From Eledone cirrhosa (Eukaryota), in assembly GCA_964016885.1 (NCBI GenBank), contig OZ024754.1, forward strand, positions 18,166,001-18,230,000: a stretch of 64,000 bases of DNA, given 5' to 3'. Positions 15,001 to 29,400 of the stretch are shown here, in pieces (positions within the stretch are counted from its first letter, which is position 1; every line of letters begins with the position of its first letter). Position numbers and translations under genes: made by a program. The notes beneath the pieces were generated by a model. It did not search any database and was not told the origin of the DNA. It saw only the letters and a list, made by a program, of their open reading frames with translations.

Positions 15001-18000
15001 TAGAGGTGGTAGAGAGCTGTTGGTATAGAGATAGCAGAGAGCTGGTAGTATAGAGATAGCAGAGAGCTGGTAGTATAGAGATAGCAGAGAGCTGGTAGAG
15101 AGCTGTTGGTATAGAGATGGTAGAGAGCTGTTGGTATAGAGATGGTAGAGAGCTGTTGGTATTGAGATGGTAGAAAGCTGTTGGTGTAGAAATAGCAGAG
15201 AGCTGGTAGTATAGAGATGGTAGAGAGGTGTTGGTATAGAGATAGCAGAGAGCTGGTAGTATAGAGATGGTAGAGAGATGGTGGTATTGAGATGGTAGAG
15301 AGCTTTTGGTATAGAGATGGTAGAGAGCTAGTGGTATAGAGATGGTAAAGAGCTGTTGTTATAGAGATGGTAGAGAGCTAGTGGTATAGAGATGGTAGAG
15401 AGCTGGTGGTATAGAGATGGTAGAGAGCTGGTGGTATAGAGATGGTAGAGAGCTAGTGGTATAGAGATGGCAGAGACATGTTTGTATAGAACTGGTAGAG
15501 AGCTGTTGTTATAGAGATAGCAGAGAGCTGGTCGTATAGAGATGGTAGAGAGCTGGTAGTATAGAGATGTAGAGAGCTGTTGGTATAGAGATGGTAGAGA
15601 GCTGTTGGTATAGAGATGGTAGAGAGCTGTTGGTATAGAGATGGTAGAGAGCTGTAGGTATAGAGATGGTAGAGAGCTAGTGGTATAGAGATGGTAGAGA
15701 GCTGGTAGTATAGAGATGGTAGAGAGCTGGTGGTATAGAGATGGTAGAGAGCTAGTGGTATAGAGATGGTAGAGAGCTGGTGGTATAGAGATAGCAGAGA
15801 GCTGGTGGTATAGAGATGGTAGAGAGCCAGTGGTATAGAGATGGTAGAGAGCTGTTGGTATAGAGATGGTAGAGAGCTGGTGGTATAGAGATGTTAGAGA
15901 GCTGTTGTTATAGAGATGGTAGAGAGCTATTGGCATAGAGATGGTAGAGCTGTTGGTATAGAGATGATAGAGAGCTGGTGGTATAGAGCTGTGGGTATAG
16001 AGATGGTAGAGAGCTAGTGGTATAGAGATGGTAGAGAGCTGTAGGTATAGAGATGGTAGAGAGCTGTTGGTATAGAGCTGGTGGTATAGAGCTGGTGGTA
16101 TAGAGATGGTAGAGAGCTAGTGGTATAGAGATGGCAGAGACCTGTTGGTATAGAAATGGTAGAGAGCTGTTGGTATAGAGATGGTAGAGAGCTATTGGCA
16201 TAGAGATGGTAGAGAACTGTTGGTATAGAGATGGTAGAGAGCCAGTGGTATAGAGATGGTAGAGAGCTGTTGGTATAGAGATGGTAGAGAGCTGTTGGTA
16301 TAGAGATTGTAGAGAGCTATTGGCATAGAGATGGTAGAGAACTGTTGGTATAGAGATAGCAGAGAGCTGGTAGTATAGAGATGGTAGAGAGTTGCTGGTA
16401 TAGAGATGTCAGAGAGCTGTTGTTATAGAGATGGTAGAGAGCTGTTGGTATAGAGATGGTAGGGAGCTGTTGGTATAGAGATAACAGAGAGCTGTTAGTA
16501 TAGAGATGGTAGAGAGCTGGTAGTATAGAGATGGTAGAGACCTGTTGGTATAGAGATGGTAGAAAGCTGTTGGTGTAGAGATAGCAGAGAGCTGGTAGTA
16601 TAGAGATGGTAGAGAGCTGGTGGTATAGAGATGGTAGAGAGCTGTTGGTATAGAGATGGTAGAGAGCTGTTGGTATAGAGCTAGTGGTATAGCAATGGTA
16701 GAGAGCTGGTATAGAGATGGTAGAGAGCTGGTGGTATAGAGATTGTAGAGAGCTGTGGGTATAGAGATGGTAGAGAGCTAGTGGTATAGAGCTGTTGGTA
16801 TAGAGATGGTAGAGAGCTGGTGGTATAGAGATGGTAGAGAGCTGGTAGAGAGCTAGTGGTATAGAGATGGTAGAGAGCTAGTGGTATAGAGATGGTAGAG
16901 AGCTGGTGGTATAGAGATGGTAGAGAGCTGGTGGTATAGAGATGATAGAGAGCTAGTGGTATAGAGCTGTTGGTATAGAGATGGTAGAGAGCTGGTAGTA
17001 TCGAGATGGCAGAGAGCTGTTGGTATAGAGATGGTAGAGAGCTAGTGGTATAGAGATGGTAGAGAGCTGGTGGTATCGAGATGGTAGAGAGCTGGTGGTA
17101 TAGAGATGGTAGAGAGCTGTTGGTATAGAGATGGTAGAGAGCTGGTGGTATAGAGATGGTTGAGAGCTGTTGGTATAGAGATGGTAGAGAGCTGGTGGTA
17201 TAGAGATGGCAGAGATGTGTTGGTATAGAGATGGCAGAGAGCTGTTGGTATAGAGATAGCAGAGAGCTGGTGGTATAGAGATGGTAGAGAGCTGTTGGTA
17301 TAGAGATGGTAGAGAGCTGTTATAGAAATGTTAGAGAGCTGTTGTTATAGAGATGGTAGAGAGCTGGTAGTATAGAGATGGTAGAGAGCTGTTGGTATAG
17401 AGATGGTAGAGAGCTGTTGGTATAGAGATGGTAGAAAGCTGTTGGTGTAGAGATAGCAGAGAGCTGGTAGTATAGAGATGGTAGAGAGCTGTTGGTATAG
17501 AGATGGTAGAGAGGTGTTGGTATAGAGATAGCAGAGAGCTGGTAGTATAGAGATGGTAGAGAGCTGGTATAGAGATGGTAGAGAGCTGGTGGTTTAGAGA
17601 TTGTAGAGAGCTGTGGCTATAGAGATGGTAGAGAGCTAGTGGTATAAAAATGGTAGAGAGCTGTGAGTATAGAGATGGTAGAGAGCTAGTGGTATAGAGA
17701 TGGTAGAGAGCTGGTGGTATAGAGATGTTAGAGAGCTGTTGTTATAGAGATGGTAGAGAGCTATTGGCATAGAGATGGTAGAGCTGTTGGTATAGAGATG
17801 GTAGAGAGCTGGTGGTATAGAGCTGTGGGTATAGAGATGGTAGAGAGCTAGTGGTATAGAGATGGTAGAGAGCTGTAGGTATAGAGATGGTAGAGAGCTG
17901 TTGGTATAGAGCTGGTGGTATAGAGATGGTAGAGAGCTGGTGGTATAGAGATGGTAGAGAGCTAGTGCTATAGAGATGGCAGAGACCTGTTGGTATAGAA

Positions 18001-21000
18001 ATGGTAGAGAGCGGTTTGTATAGAGATAGCAGAGAGCTGGTGGTATAGAGATGGTAGAGAGCTGTTATTATAGAGATGGTAGAGAGCTATTGGCATAGAG
18101 ATGGTAGAGAACTGTTGGTATAGAGATAGCAGAGAGCTGGTAGTATAGAGATGGTAGAGAGCTGGTGGTATAGAGATGTTAGAGAGCTGTTGGTATAGAG
18201 GTGGTAGAGAGCTAGTGGTATAGAGATTGTAGAGAGCTATGGGTATAGAGATGGTAGAGAGCCAGTGGTATAGAGATGGTAGAGAGCTTTTGGTATAGAG
18301 ATGGTAGAGAGCTGTTGGTATAGAGATGGTAGAGAGCTATTGGCATAGAGATGGTAGAGAACTGTTGGTATAGAGAAAGCAGAGAGCTGGTAGTATACTG
18401 ATGGTAGAGAGTTGCTGGTATAGAGATGTCAGAGAGCTGTTGTTATAGAGATGGTAGAGAGCTGTTGGTATAGAGATGGTAGGGAGCTGTTGGTATAGAG
18501 ATAACAGAGATCTGTTAGTATAGAGATGGTAGAGAGCTGGTAGTATAGAGATGGTAGAGACCTGTTGGTATAGAGATGGTAGAAAGCTGTTGGTGTAGAG
18601 ATAGCAGAGAGCTGGTAGTATAGAGATGGTAGAGAGCTGTTGGTATAGAGATGGCAGAGCTGTTGGTATAGAGATAGCAGAGAGCTGGTAGTATAGAGAT
18701 GGTGGTATAGAGATGGTAGAGAGCTGTTGGTATAGAGATGGTAGAGAGCTGTTGGTATAGAGCTAGTGGTATAGCGATGGTAGAGAGCTGGTATAGAGAT
18801 GGTGGTATAGAGATGGTAGAGAGCTGGTGGTATAGAGATGGTAGAGAGCTGGTGGTATAGAGATGATAGAGAGCTAGTGGTATAGAGCTGTTGGTATAGA
18901 GATGGCAGAGACCTGTTGGTATAGAGATGGTAGAGAGCTGGTAGTATCGAGATGGCAGAGAGCTGTTGGTATAGAGATGGTAGAGAGCTAGTGGTATAGA
19001 GATGGTAGAGAGCTGGTGGTATCGAGATGGTAGAGAGCTGGTGGTATAGGGATGGTAGAGAGCTGTTGGTATAGAGATGGTAGAGAGCTGTTGGTATAGA
19101 GATGGTAGAGAGCTGGTGGTATAGAGATGGTTGAGAGCTGTTGGTATAGAGATGGTAGAGAGCTGGTGGTATAGAGATGGCAGAGATGTGTTGGTATAGA
19201 GATGGTAGAGAGCTGTTGGTATAGAGATGGTAGAGAGCTGTTATAGAAATGTTAGAGAGCTGTTGTTATAGAGATGGTAGTATAGAGATGGTAGAGAGCT
19301 GTTGGTATAGAGATGGTAGAGAGCTGTTTGTATAGAGATGGTAGAAAGCTGTTTTTGTAGAGATAGCAGAGAGCTGGTAGTATAGAGATGGTAGAGAGCT
19401 GTTGGTATAGAGATGGTAGAGAGGTGTTGGTATAGAGATAGCAGAGAGCTGGTAGTATAGAGATGGTAGAGAGCTGGTATAGAGATGGTAGAGAGGTGTT
19501 GGTATAGAGATAGCAGAGAGCTGGTAGTATAGAGATGGTAGAGAGCTGTTGGTATAGAGATGGTAGAGAGCTGTTGGTATAGAGGTGGTAGAGAGCTGTT
19601 GGTATAGAGATGGTAGAGAGCTGGTGGTATAGAGATGGCAGAGACGTGTTGGTATAGAAATGGTAGAGAGCGGTTTGTATAGAGATAGCAGAGAGCTGGT
19701 GGTATAGAGATGGTAGAGAGCTGTTATTATAGAGATGGTAGAGAGCTATTGGCATAGAGATGGTAGAGAACTGTTGGTATAGAGATAGCAGAGAGCTGGT
19801 AGTATAGAGATGGTAGAGAGCTGGTAGTATAGAGATGGTAGAGAGCTGTTGTTGTAGAGATAGCAGAGAGCTGTTGGTATAGAGATAGCAGAGAGCTGGT
19901 AGAATAGAGATGGTAGAGAGCTGGTGGTACAGAGATGGTAGAGAGCTGTTGGTATAGAGATGGTAGAGAGCTGGTGGTATAGAGATAGTAGGGAGTTGTT
20001 GGTATAGAGATAACAGAGAGCTGGTAGTATAGAGATGGTAGAGAGCTGGTAGAGATCTGTTGGTATAGAGATGGTAGAGCCCTGTTGGTATAGAGATGGT
20101 TGAACGCTGTTAGTCAAGAGATAACAGAGAGCTGGTAGTATAGAGATGGTAGAGAGCTGTTGGTATAGAGATGGTAGAGAGCTGTTGGTATAGAGATGGT
20201 ATAGCGATGGTAGAGAGCTGGTGGTATAGAGATGGCAGAGACGTGTTGGTATAGAGATGGTAGAGAGCTGTTGGTATAGAGATAGCAGAGAGCTGGTGGT
20301 ATAGAGATGGTAGAGAGCTGTTGGTATAGAGATGTTAGAGTGCTGTTGTTATAGAGATGGTAGAGAGCCATTGGTATAGAGGTGGTAGAGAGCTGTTGGT
20401 ATAGAGATAGCAGAGAGCTGGTAGTATAGAGATGGTAGAGAGCTGTTGGTATAGAGATGGTAGAGAGCTGTTGGTATAGAGATGGTAGAGAGCTGTTGGT
20501 ATAGAGATGGTAGAAAGCTGTTGGTGTAGAAATAGCAGAGAGCTGGTAGTATAGAGATGGTAGAGAGCTGTTGGTATAGAGATGGTATAGAGGTGTTGGT
20601 ATAGAGATAGTAGAGAGCTGGTAGTATAGAGATGGTAGAGAGATGGTGGTATAGAGATGGTAGAGAGCTTTTGGTATAGAGATGGTAGAGAGCTAGTGGT
20701 ATAGAGATGGTAAAGAGCTGTTGTTATAGAGATGGTAGAGAGCTAGTGGTATAGAGATGGTAGAGAGCTGGTGGTATAGAGATGGTAGAGAGCTGGTGGT
20801 ATAGGGATGGTAGAGAGCTGGTGGTATAGAGATGGTAGAGAGCTAGTGGTATAGAGATGGCAGAGACATGTTTGTATAGAACTGGTAGAGAGCTGTTGGT
20901 ATAGAGATAGCAGAGAGCTGGTCGTATAGAGATGGTAGAGAGCTGGTAGTATAGAGATGTAGAGAGCTGTTGGTATAGAGATGGTAGAGAGCTGTTGGTA

Positions 21001-23470
21001 TAGAGATGGTAGAGAGCTGTTGGTATAGAGATGGTAGAGAGCTGGTGGTATAGAGATGGCAGAGACCTGTTGGTATAGAGATGGTAGAGAGCTGTTTGTA
21101 TAGAGATAGCAGAGAGCTGGTGGTAGAGAGCTGGTAGTATCGAGATGGCAGAGAGCTGTTGGTATAGAGATGTTAGAGAGATGGTGGTATAGAGCTGTGG
21201 GTATAGAGATGGTAGAGAGCTAGTGGTATAGAGATGGTAGAGAGCTGTTGGTATAGAGATGGTAGAGAGCTGGTGGTACAGAGATGGTAGAGAGCTGGTG
21301 GTATAGAGCTAGTGGTATAGAGCTGTTGGTATAGAGATGGCAGAGACCTGTTGGTATAGAAATGGTAGAGAGCTGTTTGTATAGAGATAGCAGAGAGCTG
21401 GTGGTATAGAGATGGTAGAGAGCTGGTAGCATCGAGATGGTAGAGAGCTGTTGTTATAGAGATGGTAGAGAACTGTTGGTATAGAGATAGCAGAGAGCTG
21501 GTAGTATAGAGATGGTAGAGAGCTGGTGGTATAGAGATGTTAGAGAGCTGTTGGTATAGAGATGGTAGAGAGCTGTTGGTATAGAGGTGGTAGAGAGCTA
21601 GTGGTATAGAGATGGTAGAGAGCTGGTGGTATAGAGATTGTAGAGAGCTGTGGGTATAGAGATGGTAGAGAGCCAGTGGTATAGAGATGGTAGAGAGCTG
21701 TTTGTATAGAGATGGTAGAGAGCTGGTGGTATAGAGATGGTAAAGAGCTGTGGGTATAGAGATGGTAGAGAGCTAGTGGTATAGAGATGGTAGAGAGCTG
21801 GTAGTATAGAGATGGTAGAGAGCTGGTGGTATAGAGATGGTAGAGAGCTAGTGGTATAGAGATGGTAGAGAGCTGGTGGTATAGAGATAGCAGAGAGCTG
21901 GTGGTATAGAGATGGTAGAGAGCTGGTAGTATCGAGATGGCAGAGAGCTGTTGGTATAGAGATGTTAGAGAGCTGTTGTTATACAGATGGTAGAGAGCTA
22001 TTGGCATAGAGATGGTAGAGCTGTTGGTATAGAGATGGTATAGAGCTGTGGGTATAGAGATGGTAGAGAGCTAGTGGTATAGAGATGGTAGAGAGCCGTT
22101 GGTATAGAGATGGTAGAGAGCTGGTGGTATAGAGATGGTAGAGAGCTGGTGGTATAGAGATGGTAGAGAGCTGGTGGTATAGAGATGGTAGAGAGCTGGT
22201 GGTATAGAGATGGTAGAGAGCTAGTGGTATAGAGATAATAGAGAGCTGGTGGTATAGAGATGGTAGTATAGAGATGGTAGAGAGCTGGTAGTATAGAGAT
22301 GGTAGAGAGCTGTTGTTGTAGAGATAGCAGAGAGCTGTTGGTATAGAGATGGTAGAGAGCTGGTGGTACAGAAATGGTAGAGAGCTGTTGGTATAGAGAT
22401 GGTAGAGAGCTGGTGGTATAGAGATAGTAGGGAGCTGTTGGTATAGAGATAACAGAGAGCTGGTAGTATAGAGATGGTAGAGAGCTGGTAGAGACCTGTT
22501 GGTATAGAGATGGTAGAGCCCTGTTGGTATAGAGATGGTAGAACGCTGTTAGTCAAGAGATAACAGAGAGCTGGTAGTATAGAGATGGTAGAGAGCTGTT
22601 GGTAAAGAGATGGTAGAGAGCTGTTGGTATAGAGATGGTAGAGAGCTGGTGGAATAGAGATGGTAGAGAGCTGTTGGTATAGAGATGGTATAGAGATGGC
22701 AGAGACGTGTTGGTATAGAGATGGTAGAGAGCTGTTGGTATAGAGATGGTAGAGAGCTGTTGGTATAGAGATGTTAGAGAGCTGTTGTTATAGAGATGGT
22801 AGAGAGCTATTGGTATAGAGGTGGTAGAGAGCTGTTGGTATAGAGATAGCAGAGAGCTGGTAGTATAGAGATAGCAGAGAGCTGGTAGTATAGAGATAGC
22901 AGAGAGCTGGTAGAGAGCTGTTGGTATAGAGATGGTAGAGAGCTGTTGGTATAGAGATGGTAGAGAGCTGTTGGTATTGAGATGGTAGAAAGCTGTTGGT
23001 GTAGAAATAGCAGAGAGCTGGTAGTATAGAGATGGTAGAGAGGTGTTGGTATAGAGATAGCAGAGAGCTGGTAGTATAGAGATGGTAGAGAGATGGTGGT
23101 ATTGAGATGGTAGAGAGCTTTTGGTATAGAGATGGTAGAGAGCTAGTGGTATAGAGATGGTAAAGAGCTGTTGTTATAGAGATGGTAGAGAGCTAGTGGT
23201 ATAGAGATGGTAGAGAGCTGGTGGTATAGAGATGGTAGAGAGCTGGTGGTATAGAGATGGTAGAGAGCTAGTGGTATAGAGATGGCAGAGACATGTTTGT
23301 ATAGAACTGGTAGAGAGCTGTTGTTATAGAGATAGCAGAGAGCTGGTCGTATAGAGATGGTAGAGAGCTGGTAGTATAGAGATGTAGAGAGCTGTTGGTA
23401 TAGAGATGGTAGAGAGCTGTTGGTATAGAGATGGTAGAGAGCTGTTGGTATAGAGATGGTAGAGAGCTGT
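7816..23470 (+). repeat. 7,815-bp higher-order tandem duplication (2 apparently identical copies)
   Basis: Eight ORF-track pairs have identical translations at a constant offset of 7815 (e.g. 8093/15908, 11437/19252, 13725/21540, 14406/22221). Marker GAACGCTGTTAGTC at 12287/20102 and 14726/22541. Confidence 0.93.
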
Positions 23471-26400
23471 TGGTATAGAGATGGTAGAGAGCTGGTGGTA
23501 TAGAGATGGTATAGAGCTGTTGGTATAGAGATTGCAGAGACCTGTTGGTATAGAGATGGTAGAGAGCTGTTTGTAGAGAGCTAGTGGTATAGAGATAGCA
23601 GAGAGCTGGTGGTATAGAGATGGTAGAGAGCTGGTAGTATCGAGCTGGTAGAGAGCTGGTGGTATAGAGATGTTAGAGAGCTAGTGGTATAGAGATGGCA
23701 GAGACATGTTTGTATAGAACTGGTAGAGAGCTGTTGTTATAGAGATAGCAGAGAGCCGGTCGTATAGAGATGGTAGAGAGCTGGTAGTATAGAGATGTAG
23801 AGAGTTGTTGGTATAGAGATGGTAGAGAGCTGTTGGTATAGAGATGGTAGAGAGCTGTTGGTATAGAGATGGTAGAGAGCTGTTGGTATAGAGATGGTAG
23901 AGAGCTGGTGGTATAGAGATGGTATAGAGCTGTTGGTATAGAGATGGCAGAGACCTGTTGGTATAGAGATGGTAGAGAGCTGTTTGTAGAGAGCTAGTGG
24001 TATAGAGATGGTAGAGAGCTGGTGGTATAGAGATAGCAGAGAGCTGGTGGTATAGAGATGGTAGAGAGCTGGTAGTATCGAGATGGCAGAGAGCTGTTGG
24101 TATAGAGATGTTAGAGAGCTGTTGTTATAGAGATGGTAGAGAGCTATTGGCATAGAGATGGTAGAGCTGTTGGTATAGAGATGGTATAGAGCTGTGGGTA
24201 TATAGATGGTAGAGAGCTGGTGGTATATAGATGGTAGAGAGCTGGTGGTATAGGGATGGTAGAGAGCTGTTGGTATAGAGATGGTAGAGAGCTGGTGGTA
24301 TAGAGATGGTAGAGAGCTGGTGGTATAGAGATGGTAGAGAGCTGGTGGTATAGAGATGGTAGAGAGCTAGTGGTATAGCGATAATAGAGAGCTGGTATAG
24401 AGATGGTAGAGAGCTCGTGGTATAGAGATGGTAGAGAGCTGGTGGTATAGAGATGGTAGAGAGCTGGTGGTATAGAGATGGTAGAGAGCTAGTGGTATAG
24501 AGCTGTTGGTATAGAGATGGCAGAGACCTGTTGGTATAGAGATGGTAGAGAGCTGTTTGTATAGAGATAGCAGAGAGCTGGTGGTATAGAGATGGTAGAG
24601 AGCTGGTAGTATCGAGATGGTAGAGAGCTGTTGTTATGTAGCTGGTAGAGAGCTATTGGCATAGATATGGTAGAGAACTGTTGGTATAGAGATAGCAGAG
24701 AGCTGGTAGTATAGAGATGGTAGAGAGTTGCTGGTATAGAGATGTTAGAGAGCTGTTGTTATAGAGATGGTAGAGAGCTGTTGGTATAGAGATGGTAGGG
24801 AGCTGTTGGTAGAGAGATAACATAGAGATGGTAGAGAGCTGGTAGTATAGAGATGGTAGAGAGCTGGTAGAAAGCTGTTGGTGTAGAGATAGCAGAGCTG
24901 GTAGTATAGAGATGGTAGAGAGCTGTTGGTATAGAGATGGTAGAGAGCTGTTGGTAGAGAGATGGTAGAATAGAGATGGTAGAGAGCTGTTGGTATAGAG
25001 ATGGTAGAGAGCTGTTGGTATAGAGATGTTAGAGAGCTGTTGTTATAGAGATGGTAGAGAGCTATTGGTATAGAGATGGTAGAGAGCTGTTGGTATAGAG
25101 ATAGCAGAGAGCTGGTAGTATAGAGATATCAGAGAGCTGGTAGCATAGAGATGGCAGAGAGCTGTTGGTATAGAGCTGTTGGTATAGAGATGGTAGAAAG
25201 CTGTTGGTGTAGAAATAGCAGAGAGCTGGTAGTATAGAGATGGTAGAGAGCTGTTGGTATAGAGATGGTAGAGAGCTGTTGGTATAGAGATGGTAGAGAG
25301 GTGTTGGTATAGAGATAGCAGAGAGCTGGTAGTATAGAGATGGTAGAGAGCTGGTGGTATAGAGCTGTTGGTATAGAGATGGTAGCGAGCTAGTGGTATA
25401 GAGATGGTAAAGAGCTGTGGGTATAGAGATGGTAGAGAGCTAGTGGTATAGAGATGGTAGAGAGCTGGTGGTATAGAGATGGTAGAGAGGTGTTGGTATA
25501 GAGATAGCAGAGAGCTGGTAGTATAGAGATGGTAGAGAGCTGGTGGTATAGAGATGGTAGAGAGCTGGTAGAGATCTGGTGGTTTAGAGATGGTAGAGAG
25601 CTAGTGGTATAGAGATGGTAGAGAGCTGGTGGTATAGAGATGGTAGAGAGCTGGTGGTATAAAGATGGTAGAGAGCTGTGAGTATAGAGATGGTAGAGAG
25701 CTGGTGGTATAGAGATGGTAGAGAGCTGGTGGTATAGAGATGGTAGAGAGCTAATGGTATAGAGCTGGTGGTATAGAGATGGTAGAGAGCTAGTGTTATA
25801 GAGCTGTTGGTATAGAGATGGCAGAGACCTGTTGGTATAGAGATGGTAGACAGCTGGTGGTAAAGAGATGGTAGAGTGCTTTTGGTATAGAGATGGTAGA
25901 GAGCTGGTGGTATAGAGATGGTAGAGAGCTGTTGGTATAGAGATAGCAGAGAGCTGGTAGTATAGAGATGGTAGAGAGCTGGTGGTATAGAGATGGTAGA
26001 GAGCTGTGGGTATAGAGATGGTAGAGAGCTCTTGGTATAGAGATTGTAGAGAGCTGTTGGTATAGAGATGGTAGAGAGCTGTTGGTATAGAGATGGTAGA
26101 GAGCTGGTGGTATAGAGCTGTTGGTATAGAGATGGTAGAGACATGTTGGTATAGAGATGGTAGAGAGCTGTTGGTATAGAGATGGTAGAGAACTGTTGGT
26201 ATAGAGATTGTAGAGACCTGTTGGTATAGAGATGGTAGAGAGTTGTTGATATAGAGATGGTAGAGAGCTGTTGGTATAGAGATGGTAGAAAGCTGTTGGT
26301 GTAGAGATAGCAGAGACCTGGTAGTATAGAGATGGTAGAGAGCTGTTGGTATAGAGATGGTAGAGAGCTGTTGGTATAGAGATGGTAGAGAGCTGTTGGT

Positions 26401-29400
26401 ATAGAGATAGCCGATAGCTGGTGGTATAGAGATGGTAGAGAGTTGTTGGTATAGAGATGTTAGAGAGCTGTTGTTATAGAGATGGTAGAGAGCTGTTGGT
26501 ATAGTGATAGCAGAGAGCTGGTAGTATAGAGATGGTAGAGAGCTGGTAGAGAGCTTTTGTTATAGAGATGGTAGAGAGCTGGTGGTATAGAGATGGCAGA
26601 GACGTGTTGGTATAGAGATAGCAGAGAGCTGGTGGTATAGAGATGGTAGAGAGTTGTTGGTATAGAGATGTTAGAGAGCTGTTGTTATAGAGATGGTAGA
26701 GAGCTGTTGGTATAGTGATAGCAGAGAGCTGGTAGTATAGAGATGGTAGAGAGCTGGTAGTATAGAGATGGTAGAGAGCTGTTGGTATAGAGCTGGTAGA
26801 GAGCTGTTGGTATAGAGATAGCAGAGAGCTGGTAGTATAGAGATGGTATAGAGCTGTTGGTATAGAGATGGTAGAGAGCTGGTGGTATAGAGATGGTAGA
26901 GAGCTGTTGGTATAGAGATGGTAGAGAGCTGTTGGTATAGAGGTGGTAGAGAGCAAGTGGTATAGAGATGGTAGAGAGCTGGTGGTATAGAGATTGTAGA
27001 GAGCTGTGGGTATAGAGATGGTAGAGAGCTAGTGGTAAAGAGATGGTAGAGAGCTGTTGGTATAGAGATGATAGAGAGCTGGTGGTATAGAGATGGTAGA
27101 GAGCTGTGTGTATAGAGATGGTAGAGAGCTAGTGGTATTGAGATGGTAGAGAGCTGGTAGTATAGAGATGGTAGAGAGCTGGTGGTATAGAGATGGTAGA
27201 GAGCCATTGGTATAGAGATGGTACAGAGCTGGTGGTATAGAGATGGTACAGAGCTGGTGGTATAGAGATGGTAGAGAGCTGGTGGCATAGAGATGGTGGT
27301 ATAGAGATGGTAGAGAGCTAGTGGTATAGAGATGGTAGAGAGCTGGTATAAAGCTGTAGGTGTAGAGATAGCAGAGAGCTGGTAGTATAGAGATCTGTTG
27401 GTATAGAGATGGTAGAAAGCTGTTGGTGTAGAGATAGCAGAGACCTGGTAGTATAGAGATGGTAGAGAGCTGGTGGTATAGAGATGGTAGAGTGCTGTTG
27501 GTATAGAGATGGTAGAGAGCTGGTGGTATAGAGATGGTAGAGAGCTGTTGCTATAGAGATGGTAGAGAGCTGTTGGTATAGAGATAGCCGATAGCTGTGG
27601 GTATAGAGATGGTAGAGAGCTAGTGGTATAGAGATGGTAGAGAGCCGGTATAGAGCTGTTGGTATAGAGCTGGTGGTATAGAGATGGTAGAGAGCTGGTG
27701 GTATAGGGATGGTAGAGAGCTAGTGGTATAGAGATAGCAGAGAGCTGATAGTAGAGAGCTGTTGGTATAGAGAGGGTAGAGAGCTGTTGTTATAGAGATG
27801 GTAGAGAGCTGTTGGTATAGAGATAGTAGAGAGCTGTTGGTATAGAGATAGCAGAGCTGGTAGTATAGAAATAGTAGAGAGCTGTGGGTATAGAGATGGT
27901 AGAGAGCTGTTGGTATAGAGATGGTAGAGAGCTGGTATTATAGAGATGGTACAGAGCTGCTGGTATAGAAATGGTAGAGAGCTGTGGGTATAGAGATGGT
28001 AGAGACCTGTTGGTATAGAGATGGAAGAGAGCTGTTGGTATAGAGATGGTAGAGAGATGGTAGAAAGCTGTTGGTGTAGAGATAGCAGAGAGCTGGTAGT
28101 ATAGAGATGGTAGAGATCTGTTGGTATAGAGATGGTAGAGAGCTGTTGGTATAGAGATGGTAGAGAGCTGTTGGTATAGAGATAGCAGGGAGCTGGTAGT
28201 ATAGAGATGGTAGAGAGCTGGTGGTATAGAGATGGTAGAGAGCTGGTGGTATAGAGATGGTAGAGAGCTAGTGGTATAGAGATGGTAGAGAGCTGGTGGT
28301 ATAGAGATGGTAGAGAGCTGGTGGTATAGAGATGTTAGAAAGCTGGTGGTATAGAGATGGTAGAGAGCTAGTGGTATAGAGCTGTTGGTATAGAGATGGC
28401 AGAGACCTGTTGGTATAGAGATGGTAGAGAGCTGTTTGTATAGAGATAGCAGAGAGCTGGTGGTATAGAGATGGTAGAGAGCTGGTAGTATCGAGATGGT
28501 AGAGAGCTGTTGTTATAGAGATTGTAGATAGCTATTGGCATAGAGATGGTAAAGAACTGTTGGTATAGAGGTAGCAGAGAGATGGTAGTATAGAGATGGT
28601 AGAGAGCTGGTGGTATAGAGATGTTAGAGAGCTGTTGGTATAGAGCTGTTGGTATAGAGGTGGTAGAGAGCTAGTGGTATAGAGATGGTAGAGAGCTGGT
28701 GGTATAGAGATGGTAGAGAGCCAGTGGTATAGAGATGGTAGAGAGCTGTTGGTATGGAGATGGTAGACAGCTGGTAGTATAGAGCTGGTGGTATAGAGAT
28801 TGTAGAGAGCTGGTGGGATAGAGATGGTAGAGAGCTGTGGGTATAGAGATGGTAGAGAGCTAGTGGTATCGAGATGGTAGAGAGCTGGTGGTATAGAGAT
28901 GGTAGGGAGCTAGTGGTATAGAGATGGTAGAGAGCTGGTGGTATAGAGATGGTAGAGAGCTGGTGGTATAGAGATGGTAGAGAGCTGGTGGTATAGAGAT
29001 GGTAGAGAGCTGGTGGTATAGATATGGTAGAGAGCTGTTGGTATAGAGATGGTAGAAAGCTGTTGGTGTAGAGATAGCAGAGAGCTGGTAGTATAGAGAT
29101 GGTAGAGAGCTGGTGGTATAGAGATGGTAGAGAGCTGTTGGTATAGAGATGTTAGAGTGCTGTTGGTATAGAGATGGTAGAGAGCTGTGGGTATAGAGAT
29201 GGTAGAGAGCTAGTGGTATAGAGATGGTAGAGAGCTGGTGGTATAGAGATGGTAGAGAGCTGGTGGTATAGAGATGGTAGAGAGCTAGTGGTATAGAGAT
29301 AGCAGAGAGCTGATAGTATAGAGATGGTAGAGAGCTGTTGGTATAGAGATGGTAGAGAGCTGTTGTTATAGAGATGGTAGAGAGCTGTTGGTATAGAGAT

